64,000 bases of DNA from an uncultured delta proteobacterium (GTDB lineage Bacteria > Desulfobacterota > Desulfobacteria > Desulfobacterales > Desulfosalsimonadaceae), in contig CAWGYD010000006.1 in the NCBI GenBank assembly GCA_963826785.1, positions 864,001-928,000 of the forward strand, written 5' to 3'. Numbering within the stretch: position 1 is the stretch's first letter; the number at the start of each line of letters is the position of its first letter. Below the pieces are notes generated by a model. That model worked only from the letters and a program-made list of their open reading frames with translations. It did no database searches and had not been told where the DNA came from. Positions 31,048-41,508 of this stretch are shown piece by piece. Made by a program: the position numbers and the translations under genes.

Positions 31048-31824
31048 CTACAGCAGGCCCCGCTGTTTTAAGATATCATGGAGCTGGCGGGCTTTTTCCT
31101 GTGTGGTTCCTTCCAGCACCCTGCCGGCCCGCTGTTTTTCAGGCCAGTCGTAGTGGTCGACCTGCACCGGTCTTTCTGCCGGATCCGCATCGGGTGCGGG
31201 AACAGGCTCCACTCCGGCCTGGTTGGCGCGCAGCAGTTTGGAAACGGACGGGTAGCGGGGCTCATTGATGCCGGTCTGGATAGAGAGCAGCGCCGGCAGG
31301 TCGATCTCCATCATGTCGATCAGGCCGCCGTCGCGCTCCTGTTCCACATAAATTTTGGAATGTTCAGCGTCCGGGCGAAGGCAGACCACCGATGTGGCCC
31401 AGGGCAGGCCCAGGCGTTCGGCCAGCATGGGGCTGACCTGGGACTGCATCATGTCCTCGGACATCACCCCGGTCAGCACCAGGTCATACCCCTTTTCTGC
31501 GGCAAAACCGGCGATGCAGCGCGACACCCGGTCCGCGTCGCCGGAGGCAAAATAATCCGCCGGCGCATGGAACCCCCGGTCGGCGCCCATGCCCATGGCG
31601 CGTTTAACGGCGGCCGCGGCGTTCGGCGGCCCCACGGTGACCACATCGACAAGTGTGCCGGCGATTGCCTGCTTGATCTGCACCGCCGCTTCCACGGCAT
31701 ACTCGTCAAACCGGTTCATCCGCAGGGGCGTGTCGGCATCGACAGTAATGACAGGCGACTTTCCGGTAAAGGAAATCACCTGTTCGGGTTCGGGAACGGC
31801 TTTGATGCATACCAGTATGTTCAT
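31048..31824 (-). CDS. etfB: Electron transfer flavoprotein beta subunit
   Basis: ILVCIKAVP, FDEYAVEAA, AMGMGAD, INEPRYP. Confidence 0.92.
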   Translation of the reverse strand: MNILVCIKAVPEPEQVISFTGKSPVITVDADTPLRMNRFDEYAVEAAVQIKQAIAGTLVDVVTVGPPNAAAAVKRAMGMGADRGFHAPADYFASGDADRVSRCIAGFAAEKGYDLVLTGVMSEDMMQSQVSPMLAERLGLPWATSVVCLRPDAEHSKIYVEQERDGGLIDMMEIDLPALLSIQTGINEPRYPSVSKLLRANQAGVEPVPAPDADPAERPVQVDHYDWPEKQRAGRVLEGTTQEKARQLHDILKQRGLL

Positions 31825-31866
31825 GAAAATCATTATAAAAGCATCCGGGCGTCGAGGTCAAGGACA

Positions 31867-31890
31867 AAAATAGAACGATCGCTCGTTTTT
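31867..31890. promoter_or_regulatory. Putative TetR operator
   Basis: Imperfect palindrome aaaataGAACGATCGCTCgttttt next to TTGACA at 31893, in the divergent etfB/acyl-CoA dehydrogenase promoter. Confidence 0.45.
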
Positions 31891-32023
31891 TGTTGACAGC
31901 GGCGCCCAGGCCGGTTAGATAATAGAGAATACAAATTAACGGCCGCCGATTGAAAATACCCGGGCAGCCGTCATTTAGCAGATTAACCACTAAGAACCGC
32001 TGTTCGGCGGGTCGGGAGAGCGT

Positions 32024-33226
32024 ATGGATTTTGCCGTTTCTGAAAAGATGAAAACGATCCTGGATCTGGTCAACGAGTTTATCGATCGGGAACTGATCCC
32101 TTTGGAACCCGAATTTGCCAGCCGCAGCTATGATGAAATGCTGCCGGTGCTCAGGGAAAAGCAGGAGAAGGTCAAGCAGATGGAGCTGTGGGCCCCCAAT
32201 TTTCCGGTGGACTGCGGCGGCATGGGGCTTTCCCTGGTGGACCATGGGCTGCTCTCCGAGGCCCTGGGCCGGACCCCCCTGGGTCATTTCGTGTTCTGGT
32301 GCCAGGCGCCGGATGCGGGCAATGTGGAGATTTTGCATTTGCACGGCACCCCGGAGCAGAAGGAAAAATATTTGAAGCCTCTGGTGGCGGGGGACATCCG
32401 CAGCTGTTTTGCCATGACCGAGCCCGACATGCCCGGGTCCAACCCGGTGCTGCTGGAGACCGAAGCGGTCAAGGACGGCGACGACTACGTGATCAACGGC
32501 CACAAATGGTTCGCCTCGTCGGCCGACGGCGCCGATTTTGCCATCACCATGGCCGTGACCAACCCGGATGCGCCCGATTATCTGCAGGCCAGCATGATCA
32601 TCGTCCCCACGAACACCCCCGGCTTCAACCTCGTGCGCAACATTCCGGTGATGGGGCATGCGGGGGAGGGCTACTTCAGCCACGGTGAAATCCTGTTTCA
32701 GACCTGCCGGGTCCCCCAGTCCAACCTGCTGGGCGCCGAAGGCGCGGGATTTATCATCGCCCAGGAGCGGCTGGGGCCGGGCCGGATCCATCACTGCATG
32801 CGATGGCTGGGAATCTGCAGGCGCTCCTTTGATCTCATGTGCCGCCGGGCCAACAGCCGGATCATTACCAAGGACGGAAAACCCCTGGCCTCACGCCAGA
32901 TCATCCAGCAGTGGATCGCCGAGTCCGCCGCCGAGATGCAGGCCGCCCGCCTGATGACCCTGCATGCCGCCTGGAAGATCGACACCGAAGGGGCCAAGGC
33001 GGCGCGTCACGAAATTTCCATGATCAAATTCGTGGTGGCCAATACCATGCAGCGGATCGTTGACCGCGCGATCCAGGTGCACGGCGGCCTGGGGATGACC
33101 GACGACACCATCCTTTCCTTCTTTTTCCGGCATGAGCGGGCGGCGCGCATCTATGACGGCGCGGACGAGGTGCACAAGGTTTCGCTGGCCCGTCGTATCC
33201 TGAGGGACTACTCACCGGCGAGGTAG
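32024..33226 (+). CDS. Acyl-CoA dehydrogenase (ACAD10/11, LvaC-like subgroup)
   Basis: CQAPDAGNVEIL, SCFAMTEP, RLGPGRIHHCMR, RIYDGADEVH. Confidence 0.93.
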   Translation: MDFAVSEKMKTILDLVNEFIDRELIPLEPEFASRSYDEMLPVLREKQEKVKQMELWAPNFPVDCGGMGLSLVDHGLLSEALGRTPLGHFVFWCQAPDAGNVEILHLHGTPEQKEKYLKPLVAGDIRSCFAMTEPDMPGSNPVLLETEAVKDGDDYVINGHKWFASSADGADFAITMAVTNPDAPDYLQASMIIVPTNTPGFNLVRNIPVMGHAGEGYFSHGEILFQTCRVPQSNLLGAEGAGFIIAQERLGPGRIHHCMRWLGICRRSFDLMCRRANSRIITKDGKPLASRQIIQQWIAESAAEMQAARLMTLHAAWKIDTEGAKAARHEISMIKFVVANTMQRIVDRAIQVHGGLGMTDDTILSFFFRHERAARIYDGADEVHKVSLARRILRDYSPAR

Positions 33227-33243
33227 CATAGGGGCAATCCAAC

Positions 33244-33954
33244 ATGAAATTTGACCAGTTCAAGCAGACGGCCTTGATCTCCATGGAGGAGATCTGCCGG
33301 GAAACTTTCCGGAAAAATCAGACTTCCATCAAGATCAAGAAGGAAGCCGTGGCCATCAAAAACCTCTCCAATATTTTTGACTGCGCCCTGCGCCTTTCCA
33401 ACGAAAAGGGGTTTCCCGCCATGAGCCTGAGGGATCTGAGCCGGGCGTCGGGATTGAGCATGGGGGCCCTTTACTCCTATTTCACCAGCAAGGAAGACCT
33501 GCTGGAGATGATCCAGGACCAGGGCCGGCGGTTGACCCGGACCATCCTGTCCGAGTGGATCGACCCGGAAGCCCCCCCGATGGACCAGCTCCGCGCCGCC
33601 ATCCGCAGCCATCTGTATCTCACTGAGATGATGCACCCGTGGTTTTATTTTTCATACATGGAAACCAAGAACCTGGGAAAAGCGCAGCAGAAAAAATCCA
33701 TCGAGGGGGAACTGGCCACGGAGCAGATGTTTGCCGATATCCTGGAGAAGGGGGCGGAAGGGGGATTTTTCAAGTTGGACCCGTCCCAGTTGACCGCTTC
33801 TGCCATCAAGGCCCTGCTTCAGGACTGGTATGTGAAACGATGGAAATACACCCGGCGGCGGATTACAGTGGACGCGTATGCGGATTTCGTGGTGGGATTT
33901 GTCGAATCCGCCATCGGCGTCCGGACATCGGCCAGGGTTAAGGAGGCGAAATGA
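33244..33954 (+). CDS. TetR/AcrR transcriptional regulator
   Basis: HTH SLRDLSRASGLSMGALYSYFTSKEDL. Confidence 0.92.
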   Translation: MKFDQFKQTALISMEEICRETFRKNQTSIKIKKEAVAIKNLSNIFDCALRLSNEKGFPAMSLRDLSRASGLSMGALYSYFTSKEDLLEMIQDQGRRLTRTILSEWIDPEAPPMDQLRAAIRSHLYLTEMMHPWFYFSYMETKNLGKAQQKKSIEGELATEQMFADILEKGAEGGFFKLDPSQLTASAIKALLQDWYVKRWKYTRRRITVDAYADFVVGFVESAIGVRTSARVKEAK

Positions 33955-35015
33955 ACATGATGGATAAACCGGCAAAGCCCAGGCAGGGAGAAGAACTGGA
34001 CTTGCCCGCGGTGGAAGCTTTTTTGAAAGATCATATCGAGGGGCTGTCCGGATCTCTTGAGGTGGGCCAGTTTCCCAGCGGATACTCCAACCTGACCTAC
34101 CTGATCAAGGTGGGAGAAAAGGAGATGGTGCTGCGCCGGCCTCCTTTCGGCAAAAAGGCCAAAAGCGCTCATGACATGGGCCGGGAATACCGGATTTTAA
34201 GTGCACTTCACCCGGTGTTCCCCTGTCCGAAGCCCCTGGCCTACACGGAGGACGAATCCATCATGGGATGCCCCTTTTACGTGATGGACCGTATCCCCGG
34301 CATCATCTTGCGAAAGGACCTGCCGGAAGGGTTGAACCTTCCGCCCGCCCAGGCCCGCCGGCTCTGCGAAAACATGATCGACCTTCACCACCGGCTCCAT
34401 AGCCTGGATTACAAGGCCCTGGGGATTCAGAGTTTCGGCCGCCCCGAGGGATATGTCCGCCGCCAGGTGGAAGGGTGGAGCCGGCGCTACCGGGATGCCC
34501 GGACCCCGGATGTTCCGGATTTCGAACCGGTGATGGCCTGGCTGGATGAACATCAGCCCGCCGATTTCGATCAGCCCGCCATTATTCACGGGGATTACAA
34601 ATTCGACAACCTGGTGTTAAACCCCGACAATCCCCTGGAGATCATCGGCATCCTGGACTGGGAGATGGCCACCCTGGGCGACCCCTTGATGGACCTGGGC
34701 TCGTCTATGGGCTACTGGATCAACCGGGATGATCCGGAGGAATTCCAGTTGATGCGTATGCTTCCCACCAATGCCGAGGGGATGATGACCCGGCGGGAAC
34801 TGGTGGACCGGTACGCCCGGATATCGGGGCGTAAAATCGACAATTTTGATTTTTATTACTGCTTCGGACTGTTCCGGCTGGCTGTCATCGCCCAGCAGAT
34901 CTATTACCGGTTTTATCACAAGCAGACCAGTGACAAGCGATTCGCCCAGCTGGTATTTGCCGTAATCCTTCTGGAGAAAGGCGCCCGGCAGGTAATGGAT
35001 GGCAAGGGACTTTGA
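33951..35015 (+). CDS. APH-family phosphotransferase (ACAD10/11 kinase, LvaA-like)
   Basis: SNLTY, VLRRPP, AHDMGRE, HGDYKFDN, LDWEMATLGDPLMDLG. Confidence 0.92.
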   Translation: MNMMDKPAKPRQGEELDLPAVEAFLKDHIEGLSGSLEVGQFPSGYSNLTYLIKVGEKEMVLRRPPFGKKAKSAHDMGREYRILSALHPVFPCPKPLAYTEDESIMGCPFYVMDRIPGIILRKDLPEGLNLPPAQARRLCENMIDLHHRLHSLDYKALGIQSFGRPEGYVRRQVEGWSRRYRDARTPDVPDFEPVMAWLDEHQPADFDQPAIIHGDYKFDNLVLNPDNPLEIIGILDWEMATLGDPLMDLGSSMGYWINRDDPEEFQLMRMLPTNAEGMMTRRELVDRYARISGRKIDNFDFYYCFGLFRLAVIAQQIYYRFYHKQTSDKRFAQLVFAVILLEKGARQVMDGKGL

Positions 35016-35222
35016 TTGCGCATTTATCTTCGATGATGAAAATATTTTCATCAAATGATCATTTTGACGTTAAAAGTTTTTGACGACGCCGCAAAAAACG
35101 GCTAATTTTATTTCAACGGCATCCAAATTCCCGATTTGGCGCCGCATGCCGGATTGATGGCCGTGTTTATCCCCCATCACTGCCGGTTTTCCACCATCCC
35201 ATCATTCCAGCCTGTTTAGGAT

Positions 35223-36269
35223 TTGCGCGTGAACGTCGGCATCGTCCAGATGGAACCGGTTGCCCTGGATGCCGCCCGGAACCTGTCCCGGGCGGAGAAG
35301 CTTTTGTCTGCGGTGGTTCTGGAAGGCGCAAAGCTGGTGGTGCTTCCGGAAATGTTTAACGTGGGGTTTTATTTCGGCGAATCCCTGATGGCCGTGGCTG
35401 AACCCCTGGACGGCCCCACCGTGGCCTGGCTGAAAAAAATGGCCGCCGAGCACCATGTCTATATTACCTGCAGTTTCTATGAATCCTTCGAAGGTTATTT
35501 TTACAACACCATGGTCATGGTGGGGTATGACGGCAGTCTGCAGTACTACCGGAAACGCAATCCCACCTGGCAGGAGCGCCTGGTCTGGCGGCGGGCCGAC
35601 GAACCGGGCCCGGGCATTTTCGATACCCCCTTCGGCCGGGTCGGCGGCGTCATCTGCTTTGATTCCTTTGCCAGGGAAACCTTTCTGGGCTTTCAGAAAA
35701 GCCGGGTGGATCTGGTGGTGGTCATTGCCTGCTGGGGCCGGCCCCGGCTGACCAAGAAGCGGCCGGACCTCCTGCTGGGGGCCTCCATCATGAAGAAATG
35801 GTCCCATATCGCCGCGGAGATCGTGCCGCGTCAGTACGCCCGCCATCTTTCCGTGCCGGTGGTTTTTGTCAACAACGCGGGGGTCACCCGGACGCCGGCC
35901 GCCTTTCCCCGGCCGCATTTCTGGCCTTTTGCGGAGCTGGAATATGCTTTTTACGGCAGGTCTTATGCCTGCGACCGGTCCGGCCAGGTCAAGACACGGG
36001 CCTGGAAATCCGACATCGACTACTGGGGGGTGGCCGACCTGGACATTGAGCCGGAAGAAAAGGACCGGCCCGCTGCGTCCCGCACGGAGGTCCCCCTTGA
36101 TTATCTGGATTCACACTATTATTTTGTTCAGCCGCCCTACCTGGCCAAGGTATTCCAGAAATGGTGCTTCCGCGGATTCCATGCGGAATACGAGGCGCGC
36201 TGCCGGAGGCACCAGTCCGGTTTTTCGCCGGCCGGCATGCCCGATCTTTCCCTTGCCGATCCGATCTGA
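35223..36269 (+). CDS. Carbon-nitrogen hydrolase (nitrilase superfamily)
   Basis: Glu-Lys-Cys triad: LPEMF, YRKR, ICFD. Confidence 0.88.
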   Translation: MRVNVGIVQMEPVALDAARNLSRAEKLLSAVVLEGAKLVVLPEMFNVGFYFGESLMAVAEPLDGPTVAWLKKMAAEHHVYITCSFYESFEGYFYNTMVMVGYDGSLQYYRKRNPTWQERLVWRRADEPGPGIFDTPFGRVGGVICFDSFARETFLGFQKSRVDLVVVIACWGRPRLTKKRPDLLLGASIMKKWSHIAAEIVPRQYARHLSVPVVFVNNAGVTRTPAAFPRPHFWPFAELEYAFYGRSYACDRSGQVKTRAWKSDIDYWGVADLDIEPEEKDRPAASRTEVPLDYLDSHYYFVQPPYLAKVFQKWCFRGFHAEYEARCRRHQSGFSPAGMPDLSLADPI

Positions 36270-36576
36270 TTTTATCCCCATTTAAAGCACTGCCTGCAAC
36301 AGCCGAATCGCCGGTTAACCCCGGGCCGATGTCGTATTTTTCCTTAAAAACCGGGCATTCTTGTCTTCACGCGCAGATGGGCGCCCTCGACTCCTGAAAT
36401 CCGCCGCTCTCGTTATACTGATTAAGTTTGGCTTATTATTGTCTGTATTTATTAAGTATGGTTCAATAAATCAGATAATTATATGCTTGATTTTCGTTTC
36501 CGATACCCGTATGAAGGGGAAAAAATGAGCAAAATGAACAGTCGTTTGACAATTTTGTATTGATCACCGGAAAGGA

Positions 36577-37908
36577 ATGTGCATGAAGCGGAGAGGATCG
36601 ATTCTTTTACTGGGGCTGGCTGCGGTCATTTGCCTTTGCGCGGGGGCGTATGCCGCAGACGGCACGACGGCGGATACGGGCACAACGGCCTGGATGCTCA
36701 CCTCAACGGCATTTGTCCTGCTCATGGTGCCGGGGCTTGCCATGTTTTATGGCGGGCTGGTGCGGACCAAGAATGTGCTGGGCACCATGATGCACAGCTT
36801 CGTGGCCATGGCCTTGATCGGCGTGCTCTGGGCGGTTTGCGGGTATGCCCTGGCTTTCGGCAAAAGCACCCTTTCCGGTTTTATCGGCTGGAACTGGGAT
36901 TATTTTCTGCTCAAGGGAATCGACAACAGCATGGTCAACGGCGTGCCGGAATACGTACTGGCCATGTTTCAGGGCAAGTTTGCCATCATCACCCCGGCGC
37001 TCATCAGCGGAGCGCTGGCAGAGCGGGTCTATTTCAGGAGTTATTGCCTGTTTATCACACTGTGGTTTCTTGCGGTATACTGTCCCCTGTGCCACTGGGT
37101 GTGGGCGCCCGACGGGTGGCTGTACAACCTGGGTGCGGCCGGGGTCATCGACCTGGCCGGCGGCCTGGTCATTCATGTGTCCGCCGGCATCAGCGCCCTG
37201 GTGGTGGCGCTGTATCTGGGGGCCCGGCAGGGCTATCCCCGGACGGCCATGCAGCCCAACAACCTGGTCATGACCCTGGTGGGGGCCGGCCTGCTGTGGG
37301 TGGGCTGGTTCGGGTTCAATGCGGGGTCCACCATCCAGAGCGGACTGGAAACCGCACGGGCCCTGACCATGACCCAGCTGTCTGCGGCGAGCGGCGCCCT
37401 GACCTGGGTGGTGATCGAGGCCATCATCTTCAGAAAAGCCACTTCCCTGGGGTTTGCCTCGGGCATTCTGGCCGGGCTGGTGGTGATCACGCCGGCCGCC
37501 GGGGTGGTGCAGCCCTATGGGGCGCTGATCCTGGGGGCGCTTTCTTCCTGCACCTGCTACTTCGCATTGAATGTCAAACTAAAACTCGGCTATGACGATT
37601 CACTGGACTGCTTCGGCATTCATGGGGTGGGCAGCGCGCTGGGCGTTTTGCTGTTGAGCTTTTTCATCCGCAGCAGCTGGCTGGCCGCCGCATCAACATC
37701 CAATGGTTCCCCGTGGACCATGGTAAATCAATTCATGATTCAGCTGACCGGGCTGGGGGCCACCATCCTCCTTGCTGGTGCCGGCACGCTGGTGATCTGC
37801 CTGGTGGTTAACCTGATCATGGGGTTTCGCATCGATCCCGAAAAAGAACTCATCGGGCTGGACCAGTCCCTGCACGGGGAGCATGGGTATGGCATGCTGC
37901 AGCCCTAG
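36577..37908 (+). CDS. amtB: Ammonium transporter
   Basis: FYGGLVRTKN, DLAGGLVIH, WFGFNAGS, DDSLDCFGIHG. Confidence 0.95.
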   Translation: MCMKRRGSILLLGLAAVICLCAGAYAADGTTADTGTTAWMLTSTAFVLLMVPGLAMFYGGLVRTKNVLGTMMHSFVAMALIGVLWAVCGYALAFGKSTLSGFIGWNWDYFLLKGIDNSMVNGVPEYVLAMFQGKFAIITPALISGALAERVYFRSYCLFITLWFLAVYCPLCHWVWAPDGWLYNLGAAGVIDLAGGLVIHVSAGISALVVALYLGARQGYPRTAMQPNNLVMTLVGAGLLWVGWFGFNAGSTIQSGLETARALTMTQLSAASGALTWVVIEAIIFRKATSLGFASGILAGLVVITPAAGVVQPYGALILGALSSCTCYFALNVKLKLGYDDSLDCFGIHGVGSALGVLLLSFFIRSSWLAAASTSNGSPWTMVNQFMIQLTGLGATILLAGAGTLVICLVVNLIMGFRIDPEKELIGLDQSLHGEHGYGMLQP

Positions 37909-37974
37909 CGCGTCCTTGAACTTGAAAAAATCATCTCGTTACTGAAAAGAACCGGATTTTTTTGAAATCCATTT

Positions 37975-39450
37975 CTATTCGAACCCCGGCGGGATTCTCA
38001 CACCGCCGTTGATCTTTTCGATTTCATTGGCAAAGGCGATGGGGGTGTAGTCCTCGAGGTAGGGCCCCACGATCTGGACGCCCACGGGCAGGCCGCTTTC
38101 GGACAGACCGGCCGGGGCCACGGTGGCCGGCAGGTAGGAGACGCAGGAAAGGCCGGCCCAGGCGGACATGACATCCGCATAGGGCTTTTCACGGCCGTTG
38201 ACGGTCAGGGTCCGTGTGAAAAAATCGGAATGGTCGTGTTCAAAGGCCGTGACCGGCGCCGCGGGGCAGAGCAGCACGTCAAATTCGGTGAAATAATCGG
38301 CCCATTTCTGGCGCATCATCAGGCGCAGGTAATCGAGCACCACCCAGTCCCGGTGCAGCAGCGTGGCTCCCCGGATCAGCTGGGCATAAAAGCGCTTGTC
38401 GCCGGGGTCGAGTTTGAGAAGCTCCGCCTGCATGCCCGCAAAGACTTCCCTGGATATTCCCGCATTGGGAACGGCGGTCAGCAGCCGGACATAGATATCA
38501 TGGCAATCCCGGAAGCAGATCTCGGGCCGTGCCGCTTCGATTCGGGCCCCTGCCGCCGCCAGGCGGTCCACCAGGTCCGACAGGCAGCCCCCCACCTGGC
38601 TGTCCACGGGAAAGTCCGGATCATCCAGCCAGATGCCCACCTTAAATTCCTTTACATGTTTTTTTCGCGAGGGCGGAAGGCTGAATGTCCAGGCGGTCTG
38701 CTGCGGTTTCTGCGCCCCGGCGATGAGCTCCAGGCACATCTTGAGATCGCCTGCGGTTCGGGCCATGGGGCCGATCACGGCGATATCGCCGGACATGGTG
38801 TAATCGCCGGGAAACAGCCCCGGCATTGGCGGAATATGGCCGCGAAGAGAAACGATGTCAAAGGTGGGTTTATGGCCGAACACCCCGCAGAAATGCGACG
38901 GGTTGCGGATGGACCCCCCGATGTCGCTCCCGATTTCCAGAAAGGTCAGGCCGGCCGCCAGGGCCGCGGCCGCACCGCCCGACGACCCGCCGGGCACCCG
39001 GGACGCATCCCAGGGGTTATTGGTCTGGCCGTATACGTCGTTGAAACTCTGGAAATCCTGGGCGAACAGGGGAACATTGGTCTTGCCGAAAATCACCGCC
39101 CCCGCGTTTATCAACGATTCCACCACCCGGGCATGGCACTTGGGGATATGGTCCCTGAGCTTTACCGCCCCGGCCGTACAGGGCATTCCCGCCACCTCGA
39201 TGGTATCCTTGATGGTCATGGGAACACCGTGCAGGGGTCCCCGGATTTCTCCCCGGGCAAGGGCCGCATCCAATTCTTTCGCCTGTTTCCGGGCGGATGC
39301 GAAGTCAACGGCCACGATCGCGTTGATGCCGGGGTTGAGCTGCGTATAGCGTTGGATCAGGATTTCCAGCAGTTCGGAAGAACTGATTTCCTTTCTTGAA
39401 ATGGACTGCGCCAGCCGGGCGGCGGATTGGAAGGGCAAATTATCCATCAC
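37975..39450 (-). CDS. Amidase signature family enzyme
   Basis: PLHGVPMTIKD, GGSSGG, GSDIGGSIRNP. Confidence 0.95.
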   Translation of the reverse strand: MMDNLPFQSAARLAQSISRKEISSSELLEILIQRYTQLNPGINAIVAVDFASARKQAKELDAALARGEIRGPLHGVPMTIKDTIEVAGMPCTAGAVKLRDHIPKCHARVVESLINAGAVIFGKTNVPLFAQDFQSFNDVYGQTNNPWDASRVPGGSSGGAAAALAAGLTFLEIGSDIGGSIRNPSHFCGVFGHKPTFDIVSLRGHIPPMPGLFPGDYTMSGDIAVIGPMARTAGDLKMCLELIAGAQKPQQTAWTFSLPPSRKKHVKEFKVGIWLDDPDFPVDSQVGGCLSDLVDRLAAAGARIEAARPEICFRDCHDIYVRLLTAVPNAGISREVFAGMQAELLKLDPGDKRFYAQLIRGATLLHRDWVVLDYLRLMMRQKWADYFTEFDVLLCPAAPVTAFEHDHSDFFTRTLTVNGREKPYADVMSAWAGLSCVSYLPATVAPAGLSESGLPVGVQIVGPYLEDYTPIAFANEIEKINGGVRIPPGFE

Positions 39451-39593
39451 GCAATTCCTCGTATTTAAAATAGCGTTAGATTAGAAAATAAGTATTGAAA
39501 GAAGCGGTAGTATTGAAGATGATAATGGATCATAAACCTCAATGCCAGTAAAAAAAACGAAAAGAAGGACTGCCGCTCAAGAGGAGATTTTTG

Positions 39594-40355
39594 ATGGATA
39601 ACCTGATCTACCGGAGTGCCGATCACATCGGCTATTTGAGCCTGAACCGGCCGGAGAAGTACAACGCGTTTGACGCGCAGATGATCGATGCGTTCGAAAA
39701 ATTCTGGGCGGCACGCCTGTATGATGACAGCGTCCGGGTGATTATCCTGGACGGCGGCGGGGCCAAAGGCTTCTGCGCCGGGCTGGACATGGAGACCTAC
39801 GGCCCGGAGATGTTCGCGGCCGACCCCGTTACCGCCTACAATGCCCAGGCGCGCATGGGCCGGATTCTGCTGGCCATGCGCCGGGCGCCCCAGCCGATCA
39901 TCTGCTGCGTGCACGGGGCCGCGGCCGGGATCGGGTTTTCCCTGGCCATGGCATCCGACATCCGGATCATGGCGTTCGGCTCAAAATGCAATGCGGCCTA
40001 TATCAATATCGGGCTGGGAGGCGCGGACATGGGATCCAGCTACTTCCTGCCGCGTCTGATCGGCTCCGGCAGGGCCAATGAATTTTTGCTCACCGGCAAC
40101 TGGATGACCGCTGAAGAGGCCGTGCAGCTGGGGTTTGCCAGCAAAATGGTGGCAAAGGAAAAAATGATGGCGGCCGCCGAAGAACTGGCGAAAATCATGG
40201 CATCCAAGAATCCGCTGGCCCTGCGCATGACCAAGGAGGCGATCAATGTCAACCTGGACGCAGCCGGCCTGGAGGCATGCCTGCAGCTGGAGGACAGAAA
40301 TCAGATGATGGTGATGTATGCCACTAAACTCAATGCCATGGGGAAAAATTCCTGA
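39594..40355 (+). CDS. Enoyl-CoA hydratase/isomerase
   Basis: LNRPEKYNA, FCAGLD, VHGAAAGIG, DMGSSYFLPRLIG. Confidence 0.92.
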   Translation: MDNLIYRSADHIGYLSLNRPEKYNAFDAQMIDAFEKFWAARLYDDSVRVIILDGGGAKGFCAGLDMETYGPEMFAADPVTAYNAQARMGRILLAMRRAPQPIICCVHGAAAGIGFSLAMASDIRIMAFGSKCNAAYINIGLGGADMGSSYFLPRLIGSGRANEFLLTGNWMTAEEAVQLGFASKMVAKEKMMAAAEELAKIMASKNPLALRMTKEAINVNLDAAGLEACLQLEDRNQMMVMYATKLNAMGKNS

Positions 40356-40381
40356 ATCCGTGTACGACTGGGTTAGGGAAG

Positions 40382-41377
40382 TTAAATTTCTTTCAGCCCT
40401 TCTTTTTGCCTTTCATCTATCAGCAGGGCCAGATAGGCATCGATTTTTTCTTCCGCTTCGGCCCGGGTGCGGATCTGGGTAATGCCCGTCCGGAAACGGC
40501 CGGCGTGGGGCAGACCCTTGGACAACCATCCCAGGCGCGAGCGCATCATCCGGCAGGCGTTTGATTCCCCGATATGATCGACCGAGGCGCAAAGAAATCG
40601 CTTCATCAGGTCAAATCGCTTTTCCAGATCGACCGTTTCATACCGGCCGGTGGTGATCAGGGAATTGATCTGGGAAAAGAGCATGGGATGGGCGATGGCG
40701 GCCCGGCCGACCATGACGCCGTCGCACCCGGTTTCATTCATCATCCGCACGGCATCCTCCGGCGCGGTGATATCGCCGTTTCCGATCACCGGGATGTCGA
40801 CTACGGCTTTGATCCGGGCAATCAGGGACCAGTCGGCGCGGCCGCGAAATCCCTGTCGTGCGGTGCGGGGATGAACGGCTATGGCATCCACGCCGCAGTC
40901 GGCCGCAACCTGCGCAAGGGCCATGGCCTGCTCACCTGAAGCGTCCCACCCGCTGCGCATCTTGATGGTCAGGGGAATACGGATTGCCTGACGAACGCTT
41001 CGGATCAATTTTTGCGCATGCGGCATGTCTCTCATCAATGCGGCCCCCGATCCGCTCTTTAAGATTTTTTTCACCGAACAGCCGAAATTGATGTCGATTA
41101 TGTCGGCTCCCGCTGCCTCGGCCATCACTGCGGCTTCGGCCATGATGTCCGGGTCGGCCCCGAAAATCTGGATGGACAGCGGCTTTTCTGCAGTACAGGT
41201 GGCCATCAGGTCGCGGGTTTTGGCGGATTTATGCGAAAGTCCGGCAGCGCTCACCATTTCCGAGCAGACCAGTCCGGCTCCGCACTCCCGGGCCAGCAGC
41301 CGGAAGGGAAGGTGGGTCACCCCGGCCAGGGGGGCGGCGATGACTAAACTATCGAGTTTGACCGAACCAATGCGCAT
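40382..41377 (-). CDS. dusB: tRNA-dihydrouridine synthase B
   Basis: APLAGVT, DINFGC, TIKMRSGWD, VHPRT, IGNGDI. Confidence 0.92.
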   Translation of the reverse strand: MRIGSVKLDSLVIAAPLAGVTHLPFRLLARECGAGLVCSEMVSAAGLSHKSAKTRDLMATCTAEKPLSIQIFGADPDIMAEAAVMAEAAGADIIDINFGCSVKKILKSGSGAALMRDMPHAQKLIRSVRQAIRIPLTIKMRSGWDASGEQAMALAQVAADCGVDAIAVHPRTARQGFRGRADWSLIARIKAVVDIPVIGNGDITAPEDAVRMMNETGCDGVMVGRAAIAHPMLFSQINSLITTGRYETVDLEKRFDLMKRFLCASVDHIGESNACRMMRSRLGWLSKGLPHAGRFRTGITQIRTRAEAEEKIDAYLALLIDERQKEGLKEI

Positions 41378-41508
41378 AAAAATATTCGTTTCGTGAATTT
41401 ACCAGGGGGCTCATCGAGAACGCCAAGCGCACGAAACTTTTTTCCTTCGTTGCCGTTCGCGGCAAACTTGTCCGAATCCTAAATGTAAGATCAATTTTGA
41501 ATTGTCAA

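Noticed and set aside
36577..37908. amtB without glnK or a clear sigma-54 promoter
   Set aside because: Secondary amt paralogs without PII are common; the upstream TTGGCTTATTATTGTC lacks the -12 GC.
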